A stretch of DNA of 32,000 nucleotides from Erysipelotrichaceae bacterium (GTDB lineage Bacteria > Bacillota_I > Bacilli_A > Erysipelotrichales > Erysipelotrichaceae), in NCBI GenBank assembly GCA_030604855.1, contig JAUVVC010000001.1:60001-92000 (forward strand), in the 5' to 3' direction. Below, piece by piece: positions 1-9,197 of this stretch (positions within the stretch are counted from its first letter, which is position 1; every line of letters begins with the position of its first letter). A program made the position numbers and the translations under genes. Under the pieces are notes generated by a model that had not been told where the DNA came from, ran no database searches, and saw only the letters and a program-made list of their open reading frames with translations.

Positions 1-1149
1 CTTTTGTATGGGGTGGATTATCAAGCACTCCTGAATGAAATCATTGAGCGTTATCGCTCAATTCAATTGGATCTAGGTTTAAAGTTCGATGTACAAGCGT
101 TTTTTGATCGTCTTAAAATGGATTTGAGCCCAAAAACAGAACGTGATGCCTTGGTTTCAATCGGTGAAAAACTCAGTGCCATCTTGTGTGCGGAGTACTT
201 GAACTGGCCAATGATTGATGCGAAGGATGCCATCGTTCTTACAAGTGATGGCACAGTAGATCTTGAACGCTCGACACAGAAACTCAATACGCTTTTTCAA
301 CAGTATCCTCATTTTGTATTGCCTGGTTTTTATGGGGCTTTACCCAATGGTCGTATCAAGCTTATGAAACGAGGGGGCTCGGACATTACCGGTTCGATTG
401 TCGCGGCAGCGTTGCATGCGGAAATCTATGAGAACTGGACCGATGTCAGCGGCATCATGATGGCGGACCCTAGAATCGTCCCTGAAGCAAAACCGATTCC
501 CCAACTGACTTATGGTGAGCTCCGTGAGTTGACATTCATGGGCGCTTCGATTTTGCATGAGGAATCCATTCAAGCGGTCAAACATCTCAACATTCCACTT
601 AATATTCGCAATACAAATAAACCCGAAGAACTGGGTACTTTGATTCGCAATGATATCATCGATGATGATCAAGCTGAAGGTTTCATAACGGGCATCACTG
701 GCCTCAAAGACTTTGCGGTCGTAACCGTGCATAAAGAACAAATCGCACGTCACCCACAGGTGTTACGTCAGATTCTAGAGAGCTTTGAACGACATGATTT
801 GTTGATTGAACACATGACCAAAGGCATCGACAGTTTGAGTCTGACCGTTAAGGTAGAAGCTCTTAAAGAGCGACAATTCGATCTCTTTGCGGATCTCAAA
901 CAGAAATGTTCGATTGATAAACTAACCTTTGAAGATGATTTGGCCTTAATTGCGGTTGTTGGTCGCAACATGAAAGAAAAGCCAGGCATATCTGGCCAAC
1001 TCTTCAGTGCACTGGGGGCAAAGAACATCAATATTCGTTTGATCGCTCAAGGTACCGATGAGATCAGCATCATCGTGGGTGTCGCCAATGCGGATTTTGA
1101 GTTGACGATTCAAACTCTATACGAACACTTCATTCGTAAGAATGGTTAA
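1..1149 (+). CDS. aspartate kinase (5'-truncated by window edge)
   Basis: The reading frame is open to base 1 (track ORF 4..1149 starts at an internal TTG). Motifs KRGGSDITGS and ENWTDVSGIMMADPRIV are present, plus two C-terminal ACT-like repeats (LALIAVVGRNM, EISIIVGV) typical of aspartokinases. Confidence 0.85.
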   Translation, partial: LLYGVDYQALLNEIIERYRSIQLDLGLKFDVQAFFDRLKMDLSPKTERDALVSIGEKLSAILCAEYLNWPMIDAKDAIVLTSDGTVDLERSTQKLNTLFQQYPHFVLPGFYGALPNGRIKLMKRGGSDITGSIVAAALHAEIYENWTDVSGIMMADPRIVPEAKPIPQLTYGELRELTFMGASILHEESIQAVKHLNIPLNIRNTNKPEELGTLIRNDIIDDDQAEGFITGITGLKDFAVVTVHKEQIARHPQVLRQILESFERHDLLIEHMTKGIDSLSLTVKVEALKERQFDLFADLKQKCSIDKLTFEDDLALIAVVGRNMKEKPGISGQLFSALGAKNINIRLIAQGTDEISIIVGVANADFELTIQTLYEHFIRKNG

Positions 1150-1151
1150 AG

Positions 1152-1173
1152 AAAAGACGAAATATCGTCTTTT
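1152..1173. terminator. bidirectional hairpin between the convergent aspartokinase and lacI-family genes
   Basis: AAAAGACGA-aata-TCGTCTTTT is flanked by A/T runs on both strands. It overlaps the regulator's stop codon. Confidence 0.6.
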
Positions 1174-2165
1174 TAACTGGATTCTTTTTTGATGACTTGG
1201 AAAGGCAGAGTATGTGCTGTGGTGTCCAAGGTTTCGGGTTTTTCAATCCGCTTCAACAACAATTCCATGGCCTTACATCCCAATTCATACGTATTGAGTT
1301 CAACCGTTGTGATGGCAGGTTGCGAGACACTGGAGAAGATGGTGTTGTCAAAACCAACGACGGAAATATCTTCAGGAACGCGTAGGTTTCGAGATTGAAT
1401 CTCATCGATGATGCCAACAGCGGTTAAATCGGAAGTGGCAAAAAAGGCATCGATTTCAGGCTTTTCATCCAATAAGACGGAAGCGACTGCTTTCCCAGAG
1501 ATATAACCAAAATAATACTCTTCAGAGACTTCACATAAGACGGGGAGTCCATGCTTATTCAAGACATCTTTATACGCACGATACTTTTCGATATTAGAAA
1601 CAATTTGAGTCGAACCGGTATGCACATAGGCAATGTTTCGTCGACCCGATGCGATCAAATGTTCCATCAATTCAAAACTTGCCTTATAAAAATCCACACT
1701 GTAATAAGGTGCATTTGATCCGGGCACATATTCGATGGTCTGCACAACAGGGTAGGACTGATTCAAATCATTGATCTCATCCAATTGAAGGGTGTTCGAA
1801 ATCAAAATCATCCCATCCACATAATGATTCCTTAACATCTTTACATAATGTCTCTCACGTTCACGATCCCCATAGGTCGTACAAATCAAAACATTATAGT
1901 TATTATGATGGGCAATGTTTTCAATACCTTGAATGATCATCGAAAAGAATGGATTGTCCACACTGTGCACCAAGACCAGAATCATGTTGGTCTTATCCTT
2001 GCGTAAGAAGGTTCCCATGGCATTAGGTTGATAATTCAAACGTTGGATGGCAAGCTCGACACGTTGGCGAGTGGACTCGGATACATTGGCACTTTGATTG
2101 ATGACACGTGAAACAGTGGCGACACTGACGCGGGCCAAAGAGGCGACTTGTTGGATGGTACTCAT
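1173..2165 (-). CDS. LacI family transcriptional regulator
   Basis: N-terminal HTH MSTIQQVASLARVSVATVSRVIN followed by a periplasmic-binding-protein-like sugar-binding core. I moved the start to the MSTIQ ATG at 2165, because the upstream part of the track ORF contains the TGcTATAAT promoter. Confidence 0.9.
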   Translation of the reverse strand: MSTIQQVASLARVSVATVSRVINQSANVSESTRQRVELAIQRLNYQPNAMGTFLRKDKTNMILVLVHSVDNPFFSMIIQGIENIAHHNNYNVLICTTYGDRERERHYVKMLRNHYVDGMILISNTLQLDEINDLNQSYPVVQTIEYVPGSNAPYYSVDFYKASFELMEHLIASGRRNIAYVHTGSTQIVSNIEKYRAYKDVLNKHGLPVLCEVSEEYYFGYISGKAVASVLLDEKPEIDAFFATSDLTAVGIIDEIQSRNLRVPEDISVVGFDNTIFSSVSQPAITTVELNTYELGCKAMELLLKRIEKPETLDTTAHTLPFQVIKKESS

Positions 2166-2231
2166 GTTGATTTCATTATAGCATAGGCACATTCGTGCGT
2201 TTACAGGACTTTGCATTTTGTGATAACGATT

Positions 2232-2245
2232 TGTAATCGATTACA
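2232..2245. promoter_or_regulatory. LacI/CcpA-type operator, perfect 14-bp palindrome TGTAATCGATTACA
   Basis: The palindrome is perfect and lies in the divergent lacI/ABC intergenic region. It also fits the cre consensus TGWAANCGNTNWCA. Confidence 0.75.
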
Positions 2246-2264
2246 TGTGAATGAATGGACAGAA

Positions 2265-2278
2265 TGTAAACGATTACA
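2265..2278. promoter_or_regulatory. second LacI/CcpA-type operator TGTAAACGATTACA
   Basis: Near-perfect copy of the first operator, 33 bp downstream. It lies about 24 bp upstream of the TATAAT at 2302-2307, across the expected -35 region. Confidence 0.7.
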
Positions 2279-2335
2279 TCATCACACAATTTTTAAGCGA
2301 ATATAATGGAATCACATAGAAACAGGAGGAACACA

Positions 2336-3577
2336 ATGAAGAAAATAATCGTTTTTATTTCTATGCTCTTAGTCTTAGTCTCATTAACTGCTTGCGCACC
2401 GAAGGAAGCGGAACAAGTCGTCATCACATTCAAACAAAACAAACCTGAAATTGATGATGCTTTGCAAGCTTACGCAAAAGCCTATGAAGCTGCTACAGGC
2501 GTTAAAGTCAACGCGGTATCGTGTGGTGGTGGTAGTTGTACTTTAGGGGATATGTTGAAAGCCGACTATGCGGCAGGCGAAATGCCAGACATCTTTCCAA
2601 TCGATGGTCCCGATAGCTACAAACAATGGGAAGCCATCATTGCAGATCTCAGTGGAGAAGATTGGGTTGACGAAACATCCGTTGAATACGTTGTGGATGG
2701 CAAAGTCGTTGGTTTCCCAGTTGCTGTCGAAGGCTGGGGTATGGCATACAACGCGGATCTCTTGGCTAAAGCCGGTATCGATCCAAAAACTTTGACAAAT
2801 TATGCGGCTTATATGGATGCGTTTGTGAAGTTGGATGGTATGAAAGCTGAATTGGGCATCGACTCTGTCGTATCCATGACTGCGGGTCCTGGTATGTACT
2901 GGGTTACGGCTCACCATAATTTCAACAGCTTGTTGTCCAATGGTTTGGAATACAATGATCTAACGGTTGCGAACAACATTCTTGCTGGCAACATCGATGA
3001 CACACGTTTGAATGAGTATGCGGATTGGGTTGATTTGCTCTTCAAGTATGCTGATAAAACAGTCTTGACGACAGGCAACTACGATTCACAAGTCGGCGCC
3101 TTCTTGAATCAAAAAGCTGTTTTCTTGCACCAAGGCAACTGGGTGGATGGAAACTTAACGGATGCGACCTTCAAAATGGCGTTTGCACCGCACGGTTCAA
3201 GCACCAGCGACACCGATGGTATCTTCGTCAGTGCACCGGCATGGTATGTCGTGAATAAAGATTCAAAGAATTATCAAGCCGCTTTGGATTTCTTGAATGC
3301 ATTGGTCTACTCCGATCTTGGCCAAAAATACATGGTTGAAGATGCGGGGATGATTCCAGCGTTTGGAAACATTAGTTTACAACCTAAGGGTCAACTTTCG
3401 CAATCTGTTCAAGCTTGGACAGCTGAAGGCAAAGTTTATTCTTGGAACCAATATTTATTTGCTGGCGAATTCAGAGACAATGTCTTGGGTCCGATCTATG
3501 ATCAATTGGCTCAAGGTGCGGTCACTGCAGACGAATTCAAAGCGTTGTTGAAGACTGCTTTGATGGAAGCGAAATAA
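2336..3577 (+). CDS. ABC transporter sugar-binding lipoprotein
   Basis: AGGAGG RBS precedes the ATG at 2336. Lipoprotein signal MKKIIVFISMLLVLVSLTAC. Size and composition fit family-1 extracellular solute-binding proteins. The gene heads a permease pair. Confidence 0.85.
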   Translation: MKKIIVFISMLLVLVSLTACAPKEAEQVVITFKQNKPEIDDALQAYAKAYEAATGVKVNAVSCGGGSCTLGDMLKADYAAGEMPDIFPIDGPDSYKQWEAIIADLSGEDWVDETSVEYVVDGKVVGFPVAVEGWGMAYNADLLAKAGIDPKTLTNYAAYMDAFVKLDGMKAELGIDSVVSMTAGPGMYWVTAHHNFNSLLSNGLEYNDLTVANNILAGNIDDTRLNEYADWVDLLFKYADKTVLTTGNYDSQVGAFLNQKAVFLHQGNWVDGNLTDATFKMAFAPHGSSTSDTDGIFVSAPAWYVVNKDSKNYQAALDFLNALVYSDLGQKYMVEDAGMIPAFGNISLQPKGQLSQSVQAWTAEGKVYSWNQYLFAGEFRDNVLGPIYDQLAQGAVTADEFKALLKTALMEAK

Positions 3578-3593
3578 GCTTATTCGATTGAAT

Positions 3594-3624
3594 AGGAGCA
3601 GGGAAGTTCCTGCTCCTGTTTTTT
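3594..3624 (+). terminator. intra-operon hairpin plus T-run (attenuator/partial terminator) after the binding-protein gene
   Basis: AGGAGCAGG-gaagtt-CCTGCTCCT is followed by G and TTTTTT. It lies immediately before the AGGAGG RBS of the permease gene. Confidence 0.7.
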
Positions 3625-3637
3625 AAAGGAGGATCGT

Positions 3638-4579
3638 ATGAACGATAAAACAAAAACGAAGACGAGTTCCATATCCAAGGACAAGAAGATTGAAAAGCTT
3701 GTTTTTTGGTTGTTTCTAGCACCTGCATTGTTTTCATTCCTGATGGTGCAAATCATTCCATTTATGATTGGAATCTATTATTCGTTTACGAACTGGTCCG
3801 CAACCGCTCAAATATCCATTGATTTTGTGGGCATGAAGAACTACTTTGATGCTTTTCAGGATCCATCGTTCCTCTATGCGACCATCATCACAAGCATTTA
3901 TACCTTTATGAACATCATTCTGGTGAACATCATCGCCTTTTCATTGGCCTTATTGGTCACATCGAATCTTAAAGGTAAAAATATCTATCGTGCTGGATTC
4001 TTCTTACCCAACATCATCGGGGGGATCATCCTTGGTTACATCTGGCAATTCATTTTCAATCAGTTCGTACCTAAACTCGCCGCAGCAGTTGGGTTCACTT
4101 ATTTAAGTGAGAATCTCATGTTGGGCAACAGCAATACCGCCATTCTTGCACTGGTCATCGTCAGTACCTGGCAATATGCGGGTTATATCATGATGATCTA
4201 TGTGGCCGCATTGCAAAATGTACCCAAAGACTTATTGGAAGCTGCTCAGATCGATGGGGCAAGTGCATGGCAACGCTTCAGAAATGTGACCATTCCATTG
4301 GTTGCGCCAGCGTTTACCGTTACTTTATTCTTAACTTTGGTTAATTCATTCAAACAATTCGATGTGAACGCATCCTTGACGAATGGGGGTCCGAGCACCA
4401 TGTTCATGGGGAAGGCCATCAAAGGGACAACCTTATTGGCGATGAACATCAACGATACCTCCATCATTTCCTTGAATACGGCTCAAGCCCAGGCAAAAGC
4501 GATTGTCTTCTTCCTGGTGTTGGTCACATTCTCACTCATCCAAGTCTATGTCTCGAAGAAGCGGGAGGTTGAACTCTAA
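3638..4579 (+). CDS. carbohydrate ABC transporter permease (MalF/UgpA-like)
   Basis: Multi-TM protein with an EAA-loop-like segment LLEAAQIDGASAWQRFRNVTIPL. AGGAGG RBS. Confidence 0.85.
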   Translation: MNDKTKTKTSSISKDKKIEKLVFWLFLAPALFSFLMVQIIPFMIGIYYSFTNWSATAQISIDFVGMKNYFDAFQDPSFLYATIITSIYTFMNIILVNIIAFSLALLVTSNLKGKNIYRAGFFLPNIIGGIILGYIWQFIFNQFVPKLAAAVGFTYLSENLMLGNSNTAILALVIVSTWQYAGYIMMIYVAALQNVPKDLLEAAQIDGASAWQRFRNVTIPLVAPAFTVTLFLTLVNSFKQFDVNASLTNGGPSTMFMGKAIKGTTLLAMNINDTSIISLNTAQAQAKAIVFFLVLVTFSLIQVYVSKKREVEL

Positions 4580-5448
4580 TGTTTAAAAATGCAAACAACA
4601 AAATCATCGCACGCAACATCTCAGAAGTCATGACGTTTACAGTCATGATCATGTTTCTGGTACCCTTGTTTCTGGTGTTGATCAATGCGGCGAAGACGAA
4701 TAATGAAATCATCTCTGCACCCTTAAGTCTACCTACGGATTGGTCGGTCTTGATTAAAAACATCACGACTATTTGGTCCAACCCGAATCTTCGCTATTCA
4801 CAGGCTTTAGTCAATTCATTCGTCATCACCACCTTCTCCTTAATGGGCATCACGATTTTCTCAGCCATGGCGGCGTGGGTTCTACTTAGAACGAAAACGA
4901 AGTTGTCGACGGCGATCTTGATGTTGTTTATTGCAGCGATGGTCATACCTTTCCAAGTCGTCATGTTTCCTTTGGTCAAATGGTTCGGTATCTTCCAATC
5001 CATCACCGGCATTCAGATGTTGAGAAGCTATACCGGCATCATCATTGCGTACATCGGTTTTGGGAGCTCTTTATCGATCTTCATGTTTCATGGCTTCATG
5101 AAATCCATTCCACATGAAATTGAAGAAGCAGCCTATGTGGATGGTTGTGGAAAGTTCAAGACCTTCTTCTTGATTGTATTGCCGATTTTAAAGCCGATCT
5201 ATGTCACGATTCTGATTCTGAATGGCATCTGGATTTGGAACGATTTCCTGCTTCCCATGTTGGTTTTGGGGAAGGGGACACCGGTTCAGACCTTGCCTTT
5301 GGCGGTGAATAACTTCGCAGGTGCTTTCCTTGTCTCATGGGATTTGATGATGACCGCAATCTTGATGGCTTTGGTTCCCATCATTGTCTTCTTCTTGGCT
5401 GCTCAGAAACACATCATCAAAGGGATGGTTGAAGGTTCGGTTAAATAG
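4579..5448 (+). CDS. carbohydrate ABC transporter permease (MalG/UgpE-like)
   Basis: Its start overlaps the previous stop (TAATG). Contains the EAA loop IEEAAYVDGCGKFKTFFLIVLPILKP. Confidence 0.85.
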   Translation: MFKNANNKIIARNISEVMTFTVMIMFLVPLFLVLINAAKTNNEIISAPLSLPTDWSVLIKNITTIWSNPNLRYSQALVNSFVITTFSLMGITIFSAMAAWVLLRTKTKLSTAILMLFIAAMVIPFQVVMFPLVKWFGIFQSITGIQMLRSYTGIIIAYIGFGSSLSIFMFHGFMKSIPHEIEEAAYVDGCGKFKTFFLIVLPILKPIYVTILILNGIWIWNDFLLPMLVLGKGTPVQTLPLAVNNFAGAFLVSWDLMMTAILMALVPIIVFFLAAQKHIIKGMVEGSVK

Positions 5449-5451
5449 ATC

Positions 5452-6414
5452 ATGGCAAAGTTCTGTGCATTTGGAGAATTGTTGTGTGATGTGACAGCTT
5501 ACGGGACATCCGATCGCGGCTTTCCCATTTATGAGTTCAATCCGGGGGGTGCACCCGCCAATGTGGCGGTGGCACTTCGCAATCTAGGAATCGAAGCCAG
5601 TTTTATGGGTCAGGTGGGCAAGGATCACTTTGGACTTTTTTTGAAAGATACATTGACTTCAAAGCAGGTGGATGTGGATGCGCTTCTGTTGAGTGCTGCC
5701 TATCCAACCAGCTTGGCCATTGTGAGCAATAAAGCGGATGGGGATCGTAGTTTCAGTTTCTATCGCAAACACAATGCGGATGTGATGGTGGAACTTCAGG
5801 ATATCTTTCTACAAAAAATAAATGAAACAGATGTCTTTCATGTCGGTAGTGTAAGCATGAGTGATGAACCCAGTCGAACAACGACCTTCAGTTTAATGAG
5901 ACATGCCAAGCGACAAGGTAAGATCATTTCTTTCGATCCGAATCTGAGAGTTTTGTTGTGGGAGGATTTGAATGATGCCAAACGTCAAATTGAAAAAGGA
6001 TTACAACTTTCGGATATTGTAAAATTAAGTGAAGAAGAACTTTTCTTTCTTACCGATATCAAAAATGTCCAAGAAGCCTGTGCGATGTTGATGGGGATCT
6101 ATGATATTCGGATTCTTTTGATCACCTTTGGATCCAAGGGTTGTGCGAGCTTTCATCAAGATGTCTATCAACACATTCCTTCTTTTGAAGTCGATGCGAT
6201 CGATACGACGGGTGCCGGTGATGGCTTCTTTGGGGGCTTTTTAAGTCAATGGATAAAGAATGGCATGAAGATGAAACTCTCAAGCCGTGATCTTGCACTC
6301 TATTGCCGATACGCGAATGCCTGTGGGGCGATTGCGACGACGCAAAAAGGGGCGATCGGTTCTTTGGCAACGGAAGAAAGTGTTCAAACTTTTTTGGAGG
6401 TTCACAATGGATAA
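5452..6414 (+). CDS. PfkB-family fructokinase
   Basis: Motifs GGAPANVAVAL, GDRSFSFYR and the C-terminal DTTGAGDGF signature of ribokinase/PfkB sugar kinases. The pattern is close to ScrK/CscK-type fructokinases. Confidence 0.8.
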   Translation: MAKFCAFGELLCDVTAYGTSDRGFPIYEFNPGGAPANVAVALRNLGIEASFMGQVGKDHFGLFLKDTLTSKQVDVDALLLSAAYPTSLAIVSNKADGDRSFSFYRKHNADVMVELQDIFLQKINETDVFHVGSVSMSDEPSRTTTFSLMRHAKRQGKIISFDPNLRVLLWEDLNDAKRQIEKGLQLSDIVKLSEEELFFLTDIKNVQEACAMLMGIYDIRILLITFGSKGCASFHQDVYQHIPSFEVDAIDTTGAGDGFFGGFLSQWIKNGMKMKLSSRDLALYCRYANACGAIATTQKGAIGSLATEESVQTFLEVHNG

Positions 6415-8227
6415 TCGCTCGAAAATCGCCAAGCTATACATGCAGCTTTATCATGATGATCAAGCGTTGAAGCAACTTTTCTCCTTAATGGATGAAGCGA
6501 AAGCTCAACGTTCATCAGAGCTGATCACCCTGGACAAGAACGAACGTTCTTGGTATTTCAGTCAAGACATCGTCGGGATGACCTTATACACCGATCTGTT
6601 TGCTGGTTCACTCAAGAAGTTGAAGCAGAAGACGGCTTATTTTGAGGATTTGGGAGTCAGTTTTCTTCATTTGATGCCTTTACTCAAACCACGTGATGGC
6701 GAAAACGACGGAGGTTATGCGGTTGAGGATTATCGCAACATTGATCCTCGTTTGGGGGATATCGATGATTTCAAGAGCTTGTTGAAAGAACTGCGAAAAC
6801 ATGACATCAAAGTATGCATCGACTATGTCATCAATCATGTTGCGAAGGAACATGCCTGGGCTCAAGAAGCCCTAAACCAGGATCCCATCAAGCAAGCATA
6901 TTTCATCATGTACGATACCGATGAGATTCCGAATAAATTCAATCTGAGTGTTCCTGAAGTCTTACCGGATAAGTGTCCAGGAAACTTCACTTATTATCCA
7001 GAAATCAAGAAGTATGTGTTTACGTCTTTTAGTGAATTTCAATGGGATTTGAATTTTCAGAATCCGTATGTCTTCAATGGCATGAGTGATAATCTTTTAT
7101 ATCTGGCCAATCTGGGTGTAAACATGATCCGTTTGGATGCGATTCCGTTCATGTGGAAAGAGTTGGGGACGACGTGTCGCAATCTTTCTCCAATCCACGA
7201 TTTGATGCGACTCTTACATCTCATCAAAGAAGATGTGTGTCCTTCACTTGCCTTATTGGGTGAAGCGATCGTTGAGCCGGAGCAGATCGTAAAGTATTTT
7301 GGGGACGATGAGCGTACGGAATGTGAAGTCATGTACAATGCCAATCTCATGGTGGACATCTACAATGCGTTCGCAACCCGGGATGTGCGCTTGTTGACAG
7401 TCGATGCGAATCGTTTTCAGATTCCGCAACGGGGTACTTGGATGAATTATGTGCGTTGCCATGATGATATCGGTTGGGGCTTCAATGAGGAAGCAATCCG
7501 TTCCTTTGGCTTCAGTCCTTATGAACACAAGCAGTTTTTGATCAACTTCTATGGCAATCAATTTCCAGGCTCTTTTTCCAAAGGGGAGATGTATCAGTTC
7601 AACCCATTAACCAAAGATGCTCGAACGAATGGGACCCTGGCGAGTCTATTAGGCTTGGAGAAGGCGATTGAGACCCATCAGGTCTATCGTAGGGATGAAG
7701 CGATTCGACGCATCAATCTTGCGCATGCGATGATTCTCAGCTATCGTGGTTTCCCTTTGATTTATTCTGGGGATGAGATCGCGACACTCAATGATCCGTC
7801 TTATTTATTGGATCCAGATAAGAAGGCTGAGGGACGTTGGATCCATCGACCTTACTTTGATTGGAAACGTGCAAAGAATAAAGATGTGGTTGGAACGGAT
7901 GAACATGCGGTTTATCAAATGCTCAAGAACTTGATCAAATTGCGCAAGCAATTACCTCAGTTCCAAGGCCAAGCCCATCAGTATGCTTTGGATCTGCACA
8001 ATGAGCACGTGTTTGGCATCCTGCGCCAGAATCGCAATCATCATTTGTTTGCGCTCTATAATTTCAGTGAGTTGACACAAAAGGTGCCAACGGAACATCT
8101 CCGTCAGATGTTCAATGGGACCTTGGCACGGGATGTGGTTCAAGGACGCATCTTCAATTTGAATGAACCGTTCATCGAATTGAGTCCCTATGAATTTGTT
8201 TGGTGTGTGAAACATAAGAATGCTTGA
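6407..8227 (+). CDS. GH13 amylosucrase / sucrose hydrolase-like alpha-amylase family enzyme
   Basis: Blocks FLHLMPLL, GGYAVEDYRNIDPRLG, IDYVINHVAKEHAWAQ, MIRLDAIPFMWKELGTTCRNL (nucleophile Asp), LLGEAIVEP (acid/base Glu) and YVRCHDDIGW align closely to Neisseria amylosucrase as I recall it. The start is set at MDNRSK, which overlaps the kinase stop by 8 nt. Confidence 0.8.
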   Translation: MDNRSKIAKLYMQLYHDDQALKQLFSLMDEAKAQRSSELITLDKNERSWYFSQDIVGMTLYTDLFAGSLKKLKQKTAYFEDLGVSFLHLMPLLKPRDGENDGGYAVEDYRNIDPRLGDIDDFKSLLKELRKHDIKVCIDYVINHVAKEHAWAQEALNQDPIKQAYFIMYDTDEIPNKFNLSVPEVLPDKCPGNFTYYPEIKKYVFTSFSEFQWDLNFQNPYVFNGMSDNLLYLANLGVNMIRLDAIPFMWKELGTTCRNLSPIHDLMRLLHLIKEDVCPSLALLGEAIVEPEQIVKYFGDDERTECEVMYNANLMVDIYNAFATRDVRLLTVDANRFQIPQRGTWMNYVRCHDDIGWGFNEEAIRSFGFSPYEHKQFLINFYGNQFPGSFSKGEMYQFNPLTKDARTNGTLASLLGLEKAIETHQVYRRDEAIRRINLAHAMILSYRGFPLIYSGDEIATLNDPSYLLDPDKKAEGRWIHRPYFDWKRAKNKDVVGTDEHAVYQMLKNLIKLRKQLPQFQGQAHQYALDLHNEHVFGILRQNRNHHLFALYNFSELTQKVPTEHLRQMFNGTLARDVVQGRIFNLNEPFIELSPYEFVWCVKHKNA

Positions 8228-8231
8228 ATTT

Positions 8232-8263
8232 AACAGTCCCTTCAAGTTGAAAGGACTGTTTTT
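8232..8263 (+). terminator. rho-independent terminator of the sugar operon
   Basis: AACAGTCC..GGACTGTT forms a long interrupted stem followed by TTTTT. Confidence 0.75.
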
Positions 8264-8303
8264 ATGGTTGGCCGTGGTATGATAAATAAAAAGGAGTCTC
8301 ATT

Positions 8304-9197
8304 ATGAAAATCGGGGTCATCGACTTAGGATCCAACTCAATCCGTTTGGTTATTTATGAATATGTCGATCAACAGTTGAATAAATTGCTCAATTTCAAGC
8401 ATCAAGGAAAGGCGGTGCTCTTCATCAAAGATAATAAGATGAGTGATGAGGGCATCGAAGCCATTGTGTCTTCATTGAAACAACTGGTGTTTATGGCGAA
8501 GATTTACGCGTTGGATGAGTTCAGAATCTTTGCGACCGCATCGCTGAGAAACATTGATAACAGCGAAGAAACCGTTGCGAAGATCGAACATCAGATTCAT
8601 CACAAAGTAGAAGTCTTAAGTGATGAAGAAGAGTCTTTGTTTGGTTTTGACGCGATCTTACGCAATGAGGATCTTCCCATTTCGGGTTTGACCATCGACA
8701 TCGGTGGGGGTTCCATGGAAATCATCTATTTCAAGAATCGCAAAGCCCTGTATTCAACGTCGATTCCTGTTGGAAGCTTATCGTTTGCGACAAAGTTTGT
8801 GGATGAAGTCATTCCAACGGAAGAAGAACAGGCTGAAATGCGTAAGTTCATTCGCTCCCATTATGAAAATCTGCCTTGGTTGAAAGCGATACAAGTGGAT
8901 ACGGTCATCGGCATCGGGGGAACCTCACGTGGTATGTTCAAGATGAATAAAGAATTGGATCTTGAGAAGAATGGGTCACTTAAGTACGAAAGTGTCGCCA
9001 CCATTGCGAACCTGGGATATGAAGCGTCAAAGCAGATCATCAACGCCGTTCCCGATCGTTTGATGACGATGTTGCCGGGTGCCATCATGATCGATGAACT
9101 CATGCAGCTGGTTTTGGCGGATGAATTCAGAGCTTCGAAAATGAGTGTCCGTGAAGGCTATATCTACAATCGCATCCTAAATAACTATGAACAGTAA
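8304..9197 (+). CDS. ppx: Ppx/GppA-family exopolyphosphatase (short, two-domain form)
   Basis: N-terminal actin-like ATPase motif IGVIDLGSNSIRLVIYE, a second phosphate loop TIDIGGGSMEI, and AAGGAG RBS. It lies directly upstream of ppk and overlaps it. Confidence 0.8.
   Translation: MKIGVIDLGSNSIRLVIYEYVDQQLNKLLNFKHQGKAVLFIKDNKMSDEGIEAIVSSLKQLVFMAKIYALDEFRIFATASLRNIDNSEETVAKIEHQIHHKVEVLSDEEESLFGFDAILRNEDLPISGLTIDIGGGSMEIIYFKNRKALYSTSIPVGSLSFATKFVDEVIPTEEEQAEMRKFIRSHYENLPWLKAIQVDTVIGIGGTSRGMFKMNKELDLEKNGSLKYESVATIANLGYEASKQIINAVPDRLMTMLPGAIMIDELMQLVLADEFRASKMSVREGYIYNRILNNYEQ

Noticed and set aside
340-753. 137-aa ORF antisense to the aspartokinase gene
   Set aside because: It lies entirely inside a well-supported CDS on the other strand. 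It has no RBS or promoter and an odd composition, so it is a typical shadow ORF.
6287-6406. 40-codon N-terminal extension of the amylosucrase ORF in the track
   Set aside because: It overlaps the 3' end of the fructokinase gene in another frame and translates to basic junk (RRRKKGRS). MDNRSK at 6407 gives a normal GH13 N-terminus.
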